DNA of 64,000 bases from Lytechinus pictus (lineage: Eukaryota), in contig NC_087245.1 of NCBI RefSeq assembly GCF_037042905.1, positions 21,330,001-21,394,000 on the forward strand. Direction: 5' to 3'. The notes under the pieces are model-generated. The model had not been told where the DNA came from, made no database searches, and was given only the letters and a program-made list of their open reading frames with translations. The translations under genes were made by a program, and so were the position numbers. Shown piece by piece: positions 1-12,105 of the stretch (position 1 is the first letter of the stretch; each line of letters starts with the position of its first letter).

Positions 1-89
1 GAATTAAGGTTGTGAATTTTATTAGCGCGACCATCAAGCTTCCTTTTATTTCCGTGGAAGAGACATGCGAAACCACTTTCCAAGCCGAG
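1..89 (+). other. Candidate non-coding first exon (5'UTR) of UBE2F; 5' boundary unknown
   Basis: The ATG exon starts at a splice acceptor (838), so an upstream exon must exist. A plausible donor GAG|gtaggc is at 89/90 in a CpG-containing region. Confidence 0.35.
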
Positions 90-841
90 GTAGGCAATTT
101 TGCTCTGTTTTGTGTGTTTTTGATATATAAAAATGGTAAAAAAATTAAAATAGTATAGCGACTCACTGGGAAGAGCCCCGGTACGTAGCAAAAAGAAGTT
201 TCGGCAAACATTACTTCTGTAATGAAGCGATGTTTGCCAACTTCTTAAAAATCCACACCCAAACACGGGTGTGCAAGGTTAGTCTAGCATACTAACCTTG
301 CAATACGTGTGAGTGGATATGGCGTATCGACTTTCGCGTAAAAGTTATAAAAAGTTGCGAGCGAGCAAAGTGAGTGAGCCAAAATTTTGACATTTTATCA
401 AAAACCCAATTATGTGATAGATCTTTTTACATGATATTCAGAAAATTATATATTCCACTCTTCTCTCTTTCCTTTTCTTTTATTTTTCTATTTTTGCCCC
501 TTGCCTTAGTCATGATTTTTTTTTTGGCAAGAGCTAGAGCCCTCCCAAGCCCCCCCCCCCCCCCATCTGACTTGCCATGACTTAACCATATAGATCTACA
601 TGCACTCTTTGAATATGGCATTAAAAATATCAAGGTACTTTCTTCTTTTATGTCCTTATTGACAAGTCCAACTGAATGTAAGATATATAGCCCAAAATAC
701 CATGTACTTGTATATGGTGCCACTAAACTACCCGAAACACAAAATATTCCAATATCATATGCATAATGAGGATATTTCTTTATTTTTTGCAAGCAGCTCT
801 GTTTATCGTTTTGAAATGAATTTCTTGTATCTTTACAGTTA

Positions 842-1001
842 ATGATGATTACTCTGTCAAAGAAATTAAAGGAAGATGCAGCCAGGAAGTCAACTGGTTC
901 AAACTCCAAATCCACAGACCTTAACAATTCAACAAAGCGAGTTTCCATACGAGACAGATTGCTTGTTAAAGAAGTGCCTGAAATGACATCCAGCTTACCA
1001 A
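842..1001 (+). CDS. UBE2F: UBE2F coding exon 1
   Basis: Acceptor tttacag ends 838, ATG at 842, [14 protein letters not shown]...[12 protein letters not shown], donor gtaagg at 1002 (phase 1). Confidence 0.93.
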
Positions 1002-4000
1002 GTAAGGAAATAAGTTTATAGCAAACAAACTACAAAAAAAAACAAGATAAAATAAAAAGAAAAGCTAGGAGAGATTTACTTGTAATATTCTCTTTCAAAG
1101 CTATCCTAAATCTTGCACATGTGATGGTCACTATTTCAGTTTGTAATATATATCTTTAAACTGATGGTAAGACTGATAGGAATAATTCAATAAAAACATG
1201 TTTGAGTGAGATTATTTTGGCAATTTTTTGATATATGTCAAGTTGTTATGCGTGGGATCTTGACCAAATATTTGTTTGTACGTTGCACTGGCTATCTGAT
1301 ATGTAATCTTTAAATTTTGTTCCAATTAATTAAAGAAAAAGGAAAACATTATAAAGAACTTGAGCTTAATATCCAGAAATCTGAATTTCAAATTTCACAG
1401 GTGAATAAATATTTTACAGGCACTACACTTATCATAAGCTTGGAATGTGAGGTGGTACTCAAATATAATTCACATTATTGAAACCTTTGCTAAAACTATA
1501 CATGTAAGTGCAAAATCTTATAGTACTTAAAAAAAAAAAAAGTTAGATGAAGTATTAACCCTTTCCACGCGTACTTTGCACCAATGCACACTCGGTGCCG
1601 TGCGAACTTCGCATTTCACACTCAACAAACAATGGATTGTTTCCCTCCCTGAAAATAATTCAGTACAGATGGGTTCATGGTCCAGCGCACAAAGAGTTAA
1701 GTACTGAACGTATGATGCTTACATGTACTGTACATTAAGAAAATAAACTGTTATGAGCCAGATCCCTTTGATTTTCAGAATTTGTGCATATTGTGCATTA
1801 AGTGATTGAAGAAATGTTAAAATGTTCCTTCTGTGTGTTTTGAAAATATGACTGAATTATGTATTTTCATATTTAATTCTTGCAGAGACCTGTAAAGTGC
1901 ATTTTCCTGATGTTCATAAGCTCCACCACAGTGTGTTAACAATATCTCCAGAAGAGGGCTTTTGGAAGGGTGGAAAATTTGACTTTGAAATCATACTATC
2001 AGAAGAATACAATATAGCGGTAAGAATACCAAAATTGTGTTTTTATACACAATGGCCAAGGAAATAGAAGAGTGGTTAAAGATATTTAGTTTTTGTTATG
2101 ATTTTTCATATGGGAGGGAATGAAACTGTTTGAAAGGTATAATAATCTCGGAAATTATGTTTATCATTTTAGAAATGGCCAGATTCATTACACAAAGAAA
2201 AGCATGTGCTATGACACAAATAGTCGGCCTTACATTTTCAGAGCTGTTCAATGATGTGAGGGCATTGGAAGAGTACTCCTTTGCAGTGAAACAATGTTAT
2301 TCCCTAGAAATATCATGAAAACAATATCATACCTTATTTGTATTTCCAACTTTCCCACAGCTTTACATGTACATGTACATGTACATGTATAACTGTTGAT
2401 TGAAAATTGGAGTACTACAATACAACAAGGAATCAAGTTCCAGTTCAAAAGCTATATTAAATGAAACTTGCAGAGTATTTTGCATGATTTGGAATTACCA
2501 AACTCATAGTTATTTCAATACTTTTCTTTTTTTTATTATTCATTTTCAAAGTATATCACCTTCATGTTGGTGATATGGTCTTGAAGCTCAATAATTTTAT
2601 CTGAATTATATGAAAAACAAGTTAATTGGTCATGTTGTGTATGAGATTTTCCAAATGGATCTCTCCATGAACTAGTTAATTTGTCTTTTTAATGAAGTCC
2701 CTGCTAATCAGCAATTTTTTATTTGTTTTGTCTCACCAGCCTCCAAAAGTTCGATGTAAAACAAGGATATGGCATCCCAACATATCAGAAGAGGGTCAAA
2801 TTTGTCTCAGGTGAGATTTAATGTAGAATATTCTTAGTAAATATTTTGATCTTTTTTTTATTTAGCTCATCTTGCATGAATGGGCAAATAAACTTAGGCA
2901 ATGATGTGATGCCTGTCTTTTGCCTTATGCCGTCTCCCATTCATCCACAGTGCTACAAATAAGTGCAAACCCAAGAATTTAGCTATACAATATCAGTTAA
3001 GATGTCATATTTTATAAGAACATGATAACTTTTTCTCTCTATAATTACATTGTTTCAGATGTGGAATGTAAAGCAAATAGCTTTCCTTTTGTTTTAGTAA
3101 ATTTGTTGTATATCAAGTCAAAATATTCTTTTCTCTGCTTCACTTTGGAAAGATAGATAACATCCAAATTGGATAGAAAATTATAGCTGAGTAATTACTT
3201 TTACCAACAGTAATTTTTAGTTCATTTTCCTTGAAAATTGATGAAATGTCTACACTGTAGATGTATATAGAGAAGAGAGAAGGGGGGGGGGGGCAATGGG
3301 ATAAGATTGATATATATGTACATGATTGGCATACAAAAATATCAGAGATTATTTGTTTTGAGAACATTGTACAAGTCAGAAAATCATGTTTTGTTATTTA
3401 TGCACATGAATGTGAATCGTGAAATAATTGAAATGAAATGAAACCAACTCAGAAGGAATTCAATGAATAACTACTTGATGTTGGTTATTATTGATATCTA
3501 TCATGTCCCAATATGCTATGGATCCCTCAAGAGAAAATTATTATCAATGTTTTCTCTTATATTGTTTAAAGTCTTCTACGTGAGCATTCAATGGATGGGA
3601 CTGGCTGGGCACCAACAAGAACACTGAAAGATGTAATGTGGGGACTAAATTCTTTATTTACAGTAAGTGCATGTAGACAGTAGATTTATAATGTTATTAT
3701 CAGGTTAAAATATAAATCAGCTGGGAGAATTGTTTATGCCTCAGAAGGTGGTTGTTTAGGACATTGTGTTTTAGTGTTATCTGTTCCTAAAATTTTTATT
3801 CTTGAGTGAACTTAAAACTTGTTGAAGGGTCAACTTAAATCTTGGATGTGTATACTTGCATATATAGGAGTTATGGTGAGTTGATGAGTTAGGGAGGCAT
3901 CAAGGTCAAAGTTCATAGAGGTTGGTATATGCCTGAAAATGGCTTGTTCTCAGCATTGAAGAACCATTTGCTGAATAAACTTTAAATATGACTTTATATA

Positions 4001-4668
4001 GGTACATGTATATGCATAATTATACAAGTAGGAGATTCCCTGGTCTAAGGCCAGTGCATAAATAGTATTAAAATAAAGGAATCATTTACAAATAAAGTTA
4101 TAAATATATGTATTCAAAATAAATTTTTGAAATTCATTAAATTCTTATTCTTAATACAGTCAGAGACTTGTTTCATTTTGGAATTTATGGTTAAGGTAGC
4201 TACCCTGCTGGAAACTTTATTTTGATATAGCTGATTAGCAGTGTTAGCAAAATGGCAAACTTACCATTTATTGTAAGTGCATTATGCCTGTCGGTTGAAA
4301 CAGGCCCTGTATATGGGTGTCATCCTCTTACAATCCAATTTATTGCTGATTGGTTGCATAATCTAAACTTTTATTTTATCTTCTAAAAATCAGTAAAGTA
4401 TTAGACCCATAATACACATATTAAATTGCATGAAAGGCATAATGTTCACTTTAAACTGGAAGAATTAGAATATGAGAATCTTCAAATTTGTTTTTACTTC
4501 ATACATACTGATTTTTTTTCTTTACATGCTCTTTTCCTTTATATCTAAATGAAGGATCTTCTCAATTTTGACGACCCGCTTAACATCGAAGCAGCTGAAC
4601 ATTATCTCCGGGACAAACGAGACTTTGAGATGAAAGTCCACAAATATGTGATGAACTACGCAAGATGA
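842..4668 (+). CDS. UBE2F: NEDD8-conjugating enzyme UBE2F (spliced, 5 coding exons, 189 aa)
   Basis: Exons 842-1001, 1886-2019, 2740-2810, 3572-3662 and 4555-4668 join via GT-AG introns with consistent phases into 570 nt: [10 protein letters not shown]...[13 protein letters not shown]...[75 protein letters not shown]...YAR*. It has the HPN motif, the catalytic Cys (TGT 2803-2805) and the [21 protein letters not shown] segment I recognise from UBE2F. Confidence 0.96.
1559..1696. mobile_element. piggyBac-like MITE in a UBE2F intron
   Basis: TTAA on both sides (1555-1558, 1697-1700); termini CCCTTT...AAAGAG; GC-richer than the flanks. Confidence 0.5.
1886..2019 (+). CDS. UBE2F: UBE2F coding exon 2
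   Basis: ttgcag acceptor; [44 protein letters not shown]; gtaaga donor at 2020. Confidence 0.95.
2740..2810 (+). CDS. UBE2F: UBE2F coding exon 3 (HPN motif, catalytic Cys)
   Basis: caccag acceptor; [23 protein letters not shown]; gtgaga donor at 2811. Confidence 0.96.
3572..3662 (+). CDS. UBE2F: UBE2F coding exon 4
   Basis: tttaaag acceptor; [30 protein letters not shown]; gtaagt donor at 3663. Confidence 0.96.
4555..4668 (+). CDS. UBE2F: UBE2F last coding exon
   Basis: Pyrimidine tract then atgaag acceptor; [40 protein letters not shown] at 4666-4668. Confidence 0.95.
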   Translation, partial: DLLNFDDPLNIEAAEHYLRDKRDFEMKVHKYVMNYAR

Positions 4669-4709
4669 CATGCGCCCCTGCTCCTAGGAACCTCTCTTAG
4701 ATAGCTGTA

Positions 4710-4769
4710 AATAAAGATGCACATTACGGTCGTGAAGGATAGTCAGGTCATTCAGATGTATCTAATAAA
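4710..4769 (+). terminator. Candidate UBE2F polyadenylation signals
   Basis: AATAAA at 4710-4715 and 4764-4769, just downstream of the stop codon. Confidence 0.4.
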
Positions 4770-5288
4770 CAAATATATCAGGCTTTGAGAAAGTATAGTG
4801 GAATTATTTATCCGAGGTTGGTCTGGCAATTACTATTTTTTCCCGAGGGGCGAAGCCCCGAGGGAAATATAGTAGTTTTGCCAGTCCAACCTAGGATTAA
4901 TAATTCCCACTATGCTTTCGAATGAAACACCTGATATATTTGCTTTATATCCTACTTTTAATAATTTATAACCAAAATCAAAATCTATGCGCTGAGCATG
5001 CAAAGTCCTGTTGAATTACCTACTTTTCTCCGAGCCACCGCGCCCAGCGGAACGCAGATTAGTGTCTGCGCTGACGCATCGCGCTGGACTTGCGCGCCCG
5101 GGAGAGAGAGCGCGCAAGCCGGTGCGCCGAGATATCCAGTTTTGTGAAATAATGACGTCAGAATATTGGTATATCCAAAAATATATCGAGGTCTGACGTC
5201 ACGCAACATCATAGTTGAAATATATTCGGTCACATGATGCTACTTGAACCAATCACTATACAGGATTTACTCTATGTAGGATATAATA
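4762..5288. mobile_element. Palindromic interspersed element (long hairpin plus GC-rich body)
   Basis: Arms 4767-4851 and 4855-4946 are inverted copies around GGGGC-GAA-GCCCC. The internal TTATATCCTAC (~4945-4955) is complementary to the terminal GTAGGATATAA (~5276-5286). Confidence 0.6.
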
Positions 5289-5538
5289 TTTATTGTAGAC
5301 TAAAACGTGTGCGAGTGTTTCTCTTGAAAAACCATGTGCTTCTGATTTAGAATTTTTTTTCCGCCTGCAAGAAGGTCGTAACTGCAAGTAGTTTATCTCA
5401 CAAGTGTAGTTACCATATGCAACCGTGTGTGGATGTTGCCGTCTTGAGGGTTTTTGCAAATGCACACTCTATGGGATGAAAGCACAATTTCACAAGGATG
5501 ATATTGTTATCATGTCAGTGCCATTTGGAAAAAAAAGA

Positions 5539-5803
5539 TAATAATATCATATTTTACCCGGGGTAGCCACTTCAGTTCCGAAAGCTGTTCTCCCAGTGGG
5601 CCCTGCTTAACATGATTATGTTATTATTACCCCTGCTTAAACATGGCTACCTTCATTAGCGCTCGAGCATGAACCTCACCTGGGTTGGGTGCAGCACAAT
5701 GTTGGTAAATGTCTTGCTGAAGGAAAACACGCCATGGCTGGGAATCAAATCCTCATCCCTCAGATTGAAAGACGAGTCTTAACCACTAGACCACGACACC
5801 CCC
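5539..5803 (-). mobile_element. tRNA-derived SINE (near full length)
   Basis: Minus strand: A-box TGGTCTAGTGG, degenerate B-box GATTTGATTCC, core tgtgctgcacccaacccaggtgagg and an AT-rich tail. Homologous to the copy at 62969-63188. Confidence 0.8.
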
Positions 5804-6090
5804 AACAAGATCACAATATAGGATGTCTCTTTAGTAGACCTATTGAAATTTTCATGAGGATTTTATTAAATCTTAACAGTAATTTTATATGATGATTTAT
5901 ATGTGCATGGGTATACATGTACATTGTCTGTGGATTCTGGAGAACCATTGTCAAATTGCTTCTCCATATCGTACGTTATCCTGACATGAGCTGTGATGTA
6001 CATTTAGGGGGGGGGGGGTAAATGATCCCTGATGGCGATTGAACATCATAATTGTTGTAGGGGGAAACACTAAATAGCCTAACAGACCTT

Positions 6091-6344
6091 CTTGCCGGCC
6101 AGCGAAGAAATACTTATTTTCATCATTTATTATTATTATTTGTACTGCACTTTTCCCCATAAGGCTGGAAGTGCTTACAATCGGTCTTAGTACATGTACT
6201 CTTGTATCCATGTCCAACTTGCCGGCCAGCCAAGAAATACTTATTTTCATCATTCATTATTATTATTACTTGTACTGCGCTTTTCCCCATAAGGCCGGAA
6301 GTGCTTACAATCGGTCTTAGTACTCTTGTATCCATATCCAACTT
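6091..6344. repeat. Tandem duplication (~127 bp x2) containing an L2-like retroelement 3' end (minus strand)
   Basis: Units 6091-6217 and 6218-6341 are nearly identical. The minus strand reads ttgtaagcacttccggccttatggggaaaagcgcagtacaa(taa)n, resembling LINE/SINE 3' stem-loop tails. Confidence 0.75.
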
Positions 6345-8238
6345 CTTTCTTGCTCTCTTCAGTAGCTTGCTGCTTAAATAGTTATTACAATCCTCACTGG
6401 CTAAGATTGCGCAATCTGTATGATATCCATCCTTGGCTCTTGTGTGCAGTTCAAGTTTTCTTCCATTGAATGTAGTTTGGGGTCTCTGGGGTTGTGCAAC
6501 TAACTGGGAATATTTTATATGTACTTTTATTAGGTGTTTTGCATAATATACACTTTAGAAGCAGGTATGATGTTATTTGAAAGTAAATCTCAGTTGATAG
6601 GTTATGTAGGAAGGAGTTTGGTTGATTTGGTGCATGTATGTTTAAAGAATCTGCAGTGCTTATGCAGCATGAAATATATTGACTGACATGTACTACAATA
6701 CATGTATACTGAGATACCTCAGAAATAGGTTCATGTTTCATGTCATAATTTGACTCTGATGTTTATAAGGAAGGGGAGCTAGGACTATGAAGGTTGTTTC
6801 ACAGGAGCAAGATGTATTGCTTTATTGAAATGAGGATGATTTTTGACTTGTAACCAATGGTTAGATCTGTAAGCAGAGATGCCAGTCAGTCAGTTTGGAA
6901 GCATTTTATATTTTATATTGCCAAATGGCATTTGAAATAACACAGATTTCTTAAAGATATATGCAAACTACAAGAAACTGTATGGTAACAACAGGCCTAC
7001 AATACTTGTACATGTCTCCCTTTTATGTTTTATTACCCCTAAACTAAAGCATCCTGACTTTATGAGACAATGATGATCAGCAGCAATTACATGCAGACAT
7101 GGTGAAGGGAATCACCCTACTTATGCTAATAATTATGCATTATTCGCTTCAACAAAACGAGATTATTCAACGAATGTGCGGACAAATTTGAGGCATGATC
7201 TCATAAATCGACCACCTCATGATTCATCTTAAACAATGTCACGAGTTCCAATGCAAACTCTGGCATAAAAATCTTTCGAGTACACTACCTTGCAATGCCT
7301 TGAGTCAATTGAGCCCGTATTTAATTCTTTAAATAATGATTACTCTTTTCCTAGACATTCAATAAAAACATTTAACTTTTTGAAAACTATTGATGATTGA
7401 AATAAAAACATCTTCTAGTTTGCTTATGCATCGGTCTTCCACTCTCAGTATGGTGGAGGAGAACGGAGGGATTGAGGTCAAAGAATGTGCAACACAGTGA
7501 ATCCTGCAGATAAGACTAGACATGCTCTATGGAAAAACAGGTTATTTTTAAACACAGTAACATATCAGATAGGCATGTAGGCAGTTAGATGTTAAAGATC
7601 TAGTCTGCACACATTTTAATGTTTTAGTTGATATCATAAGACAAGGCACCAAAGTTTTTTTTGACAGCTTTCCAAGCTTACCACTTGGAGTTTTCATACT
7701 CCCAGATTAAATCTAAAAGTCCAAATTCACAAGGGATTTTAACCAGAAAGAGGTTTAAACCATATAATATGGAGATCTTGAGTAGCCTGGGTGTAATTTG
7801 CTCAATTCAGTGCATTCACCAAAAATGTTCTAATCATAAATATGTATTTTTTACAAAGAGCACTAAATCCAAATGGTTTGTTGCCATGGTGTAGTCCTTG
7901 GTGTTTTTAGATTAAATTCTATAAAAGCATGATCTGAAATCATAGCAACCAAATTGCTTGTTACCAAAGCGCACATTTATTACTGGATCTTTCCTTGTCT
8001 GTGTGCTGAATTAAACACCACATGCTACAAAGTCCATGGTTCAAATCCTCCCTCGGGAAATTAAATCCTAATTAATGATTGAGGGCCAATAGCTCATCTT
8101 GTTAGCATTGGTAGGAGTGAGGCAGTTGGTGATTTCAAGGTCTGTCTCAAAAATATTCAAATGTTAGGGTTTCTTTTGTACAGATAACTTGTGGCATCTC
8201 AGGAATCCTGTACATTGTTCATGATTAAATGTAATCTG

Positions 8239-8509
8239 GGCCCCGTCTTACAAAGAGTTACGATTGATCCGATCAATCGTAACTATGGACGGCCAGCAAC
8301 ATCAACATCTATTATGCATGTTTGTTCAAAATATTTTCTAGCTATGATGTATATTCATGCATTTTTTGTTTTCTTGAAAATTCACTGTGCTTCTCTTTGC
8401 ATTCAAAGGACATTGTGCAAATTTTTCGTAGAAAAAAATTATGACACTGATGGATTTCCATAGAGTTATGATTGATCAGATCAATCGTAACTCTGTGTAA
8501 GACGGGGCC
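8239..8509. mobile_element. MITE with GGCCCC termini
   Basis: ~47-bp near-perfect TIRs GGCCCCGTCTTACAAAGAGTTACGATTGATCCGATCAATCGTAACT; flanked by CTG / CAG. Confidence 0.8.
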
Positions 8510-8686
8510 CAGTGATTAAGTGATTTTAGTGTGTAGTAGACTTCATATATAGATAGGAGAGTTGCTGGAGAACCATTGTTGATATGAGCCACACTATATA
8601 TCCCCAATGGATAAGCTTGCCATTCGTGTCATGTGCAGAGACAGACGGAAAGAGAAAGGGAGGGGGGGGGGGGGGGAATGCTTTGA

Positions 8687-9276
8687 AGGGGAATCCAACC
8701 TTGGTCATAAAAAGTTGTGTGGGAAATGAGAGAAAAAAAAACCAGAATGGCAAAAGTTTGAAAGAAATGGGATGAGCAATAAAGAAAGTTATGGCTGTTT
8801 TAAAATTGAGATCCCCAAGGCTATGCAAATTTCAAATTGGCAACTGGATAAGAAAATTATGACAAGGGGCAAGGATAACTTTCCCATAGGCCATGTACTT
8901 ATTTGTCAGGGATTTGTGATTTCCTTCCAATTACCTATTCCCCTGGGGCAGTAATAACAAATAACCCAGGTAGTATATTGTTTTATATCCTCATGAATGA
9001 AAAATAAAATTTGAAGAAATTTTTTGAAAAAATGACATTCTAGCAATTATTTGTATCGGAGTACATGGAAGAGTAGTCCTTACTTCATGACATGACAAAT
9101 GCGGCCAATTTGAAGTCGCCATTGGTGTAGTGATTACCAATTTGTACAACCTTTTTAAATTCATAACTTTATTATTATTTGTCCGATTTGGTTCAAACTT
9201 TCACCTATCAACTTGTCTGATTTTTCTTTTTTCTTTTTCTTCTAAAAACAACTTTTTATTTGGAATGGATTTCCCT
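8687..9276. mobile_element. Kolobok-like non-autonomous element
   Basis: Termini AGGGGAATCC ... GGATTTCCCT, flanked by TTGA (degenerate) and TTAA; subterminal inverted motifs aaagttatg / cataacttt. Confidence 0.55.
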
Positions 9277-9638
9277 TTAATAGGAATACATGTATTACTG
9301 CATGCCTAAATGTTTTTGTATTATTGTAGTGGTTGTATAAAAATGAACAGAACATTGAAAAAAAATCTTGGAGAGTACTTGTGCTAGCAATTAGAATATC
9401 CCATCGCAAACATATTTCAGTGCAAATCTGCAAAGTAGCGCAATATTTATAGATTATGTAGGTCTTAATTTTGCGGGATATCAACTCATATTTTATAATT
9501 GTTAACAGGGATTTTGTTGACGTGAAGAGAAAGTAATCACATGTAATGTGTATACATGTAATTTGTTATCGTTTCCCAGAGTTATTCTTGAATAAATACA
9601 ATTTTCAACTGAATTTTTGTGGTTAAATTTGTGTTCCG

Positions 9639-9760
9639 GGCCCCGTTGCATAAAGGTTACCATTATGGTAACTTTGCCATCCAATGGTATCTTGCCTGGA
9701 ATCCTTGATTTTGATGGGATGGCAAAGTCACCATAATAGTAACCTTTATGCAATGGGGCC
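9639..9760. mobile_element. Short hairpin MITE with GGCCCC termini
   Basis: GGCCCCGTTGCATAAAGGTTACCATTATGGTAACTTTGCCATCC pairs with GGATGGCAAAGTCACCATAATAGTAACCTTTATGCAATGGGGCC. Confidence 0.75.
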
Positions 9761-11559
9761 CTGGTGTCTGGGTTTTGATATGATGCTCTGGGTTCTGTGA
9801 TTGATCTTATGCTTGATTTTTATGATTGATTGTACATTATAGTCAATGGAATCAATCGTAGAACAATGTTCTACGATCATTGCTAAGCTTTGTGTTACAG
9901 GCCCCAGTACTGTACATGTACTTGATCAAACAGCGCCTGCTGCTGGTAAGGCGCTATTTGCACGGCGATCTTAATTTTATGTGACAAAAGTGCATAAAAC
10001 ATGTGTTTAATGTCCAGATGCTTTCTAATTGTTCATTAGGTTGCTTAGAGTAGCTCTTTGTTCAGAAGAAGTTTTAAAAAACTTTTAAATTACTTGTGAC
10101 TCTAAGCGACCCCTTCAAACCAGTGGAGAAGATTCCAAACATTAAAGCACAGGTTTTGCTTACTTTTGTCTCATGCTGACATTTTTTCATTTGCATCCTT
10201 GCAAAACCTTCACAAAATGTTTGTGGCCCCTTAACAACTGCATGTAAAGGGACTGTTCTTTTGTTTGATAGTTTTGAAATTAATATCCTATTTATCTTTA
10301 TCAGCAGCAGCATCATTGTCAACAACATAAATATCATTTTTTGTATATCTTTCATTTTCTTCTATGTATTATTCCTCTTATTCGTTCTCCCTATCTTTCT
10401 CTTCGTCTTCTTTTATTCTCCTATTCATCCTGTTCACTCTGCTTCACTTCTTGCTCCTCATTTTCCTGCCCCCCATGATTGCCTAATACCGTAATGATTA
10501 TTCCCCATTTCCATTTTTATATTCCCCACCCTCTACCCTTCCTTCATTTTCACTTATTCTATTATTTTCTTTTTTCTTGTCAATTTTCTCTTTCCCATTT
10601 CTCGAGCGCTCTTTCATTTCTTGTGAAGAACCCTTAACCACAGCGGCCCCATTTTCTCCCCATCCTTTATATTCCTTACAATATACACATAGGTTTGTAT
10701 TGAAGTAATGATTCAAGACATAAACTTGTACATGTACATACCAACTGTCCGTAGTTAAATTATATATGCAGGAAATCATATGAAGCACAGCAGATCCCTT
10801 AATTTTTTGGGAAATGTTTTATCTGATTACTTGTCAATTTGATTGGCAGCATTGACTACTGGTGAATTTTGATGACATTGGTCATTACAATCTTCATCAT
10901 TTAAGGCCATGCCATCCAAGGCGTTATGATTGGTTGAATTTCAGAATGAGATCGATCTTGATTCCATCTCTCAATTACTGAATTTGTTTAAATCAATGTT
11001 TGAATCAATTATAACTCTGTAAGCCAGATACAGGTGACCTCAACAAAAGGCATCAACCATGGAATCAGCACCTCTGGTTATATATCAATCAATTCATCTA
11101 TCCATCTACCTTCTATCCACCCAGTCATCCATATGACTTCCCACCCAAACATCTCTCCCTTTAATTATCAATGAAACCGTCTTCACATTCATTTATCCAC
11201 CTATCTAACCATTTGTTCCTCCAGCTATCAATCTGTCCAAACATATCTTTGCCCTTACCTCTATCGTCTTTTTGTCAATTAGCCATCCATATGTATCTTT
11301 CCCAACTGTGCTCGCCACACAGACATGTTTTTAGTACTAACAGAGGACCAGTCACCCAGTGGAAGTCATGTGTTTTGGATTGCGATATCAAATGATGATC
11401 CATAATGTAAATAACGTGCTGTGACATCAGGCATCACCGTGACATTACTGGTTGTAACAGGGCCTCTGTTAGCGCATTTAAGTGATAACTTTTGTGCGGC
11501 CAGTACAAATGTCGTCTCATCCATCCACTTATCACACTTTCAATCCAATTCTTCACCAA

Positions 11560-12070
11560 GCTTTCCACCCATCCAAATATCTCTCCTTCCATCCATCCAT
11601 CCATCCATCTACCTATCCCTCCATCCTCCTTTTGACTCATCCATACATTATATATACATCCTTCCCTGTCCTGTCCACTGTACATCCAACCAAAAGTTCA
11701 TCAGTAGTGCAACTTGCACAGTATCAATATAACCTGCTTCTCCATTTTACATGCAGTCCCCTAACCCAAGTTAAACGCAAAACAAATAATAACACATCCT
11801 TCTATTGACTCAGTCATACATTATATATACATGTATATCCATCCATCCATCCATCTATCCCTGTCCACTGAGCAATCTCCTATCATTCATAAGTTCATCA
11901 CTCCATCCCATCTGTCTATCTACCAAAGTCCCAATCCTTCTCTCACTTCATTATCTTTCCATCCATCACCCATCCAGTAGTGCAACTTGCACAGAATACT
12001 CTTAGCCTACTTCTCCGTTTTACATGCATAGTCCCTTGACCTCAGTTAAACACACAAATAAACAAAACAC
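11560..12070. repeat. Imperfect direct duplication with (CCAT)n
   Basis: Blocks ~11633-11795 and ~11806-12070 share tgactca..catacattatatatacat, cctgtccactg, cagtagtgcaacttgcacag, cttctcc.ttttacatgca. Confidence 0.7.
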
Positions 12071-12105
12071 CAGCTCATGTTTTTTGTAGGCATATAATGT
12101 TTATT
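12050..12105 (-). terminator. Candidate distal poly(A) site of CACNB
   Basis: Minus-strand AATAAA at 12100-12105 (another at 12137-12142), followed ~30 nt downstream by a GU/U-rich element (gtgttttgtttatttgtgtg, 12051-12070). Confidence 0.5.

Noticed and set aside
427..948. 173-aa minus-strand ORF
   Set aside because: Antisense to UBE2F exon 1 and runs through a poly-C repeat; no recognisable domain.
5725..5803. tRNA-like sequence
   Set aside because: Degenerate B-box and directly joined to a SINE body; it is a SINE head, not a tRNA gene.
6091..6344. CRISPR-like or other prokaryotic repeat array
   Set aside because: Only two long tandem units with no spacers; the window is eukaryotic with spliceosomal introns.
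6345..6741. Possible retroelement ORF remnant (ORF 6451..6741)
   Set aside because: Adjacent to a LINE-like tail, but I cannot recognise any RT or endonuclease motif.
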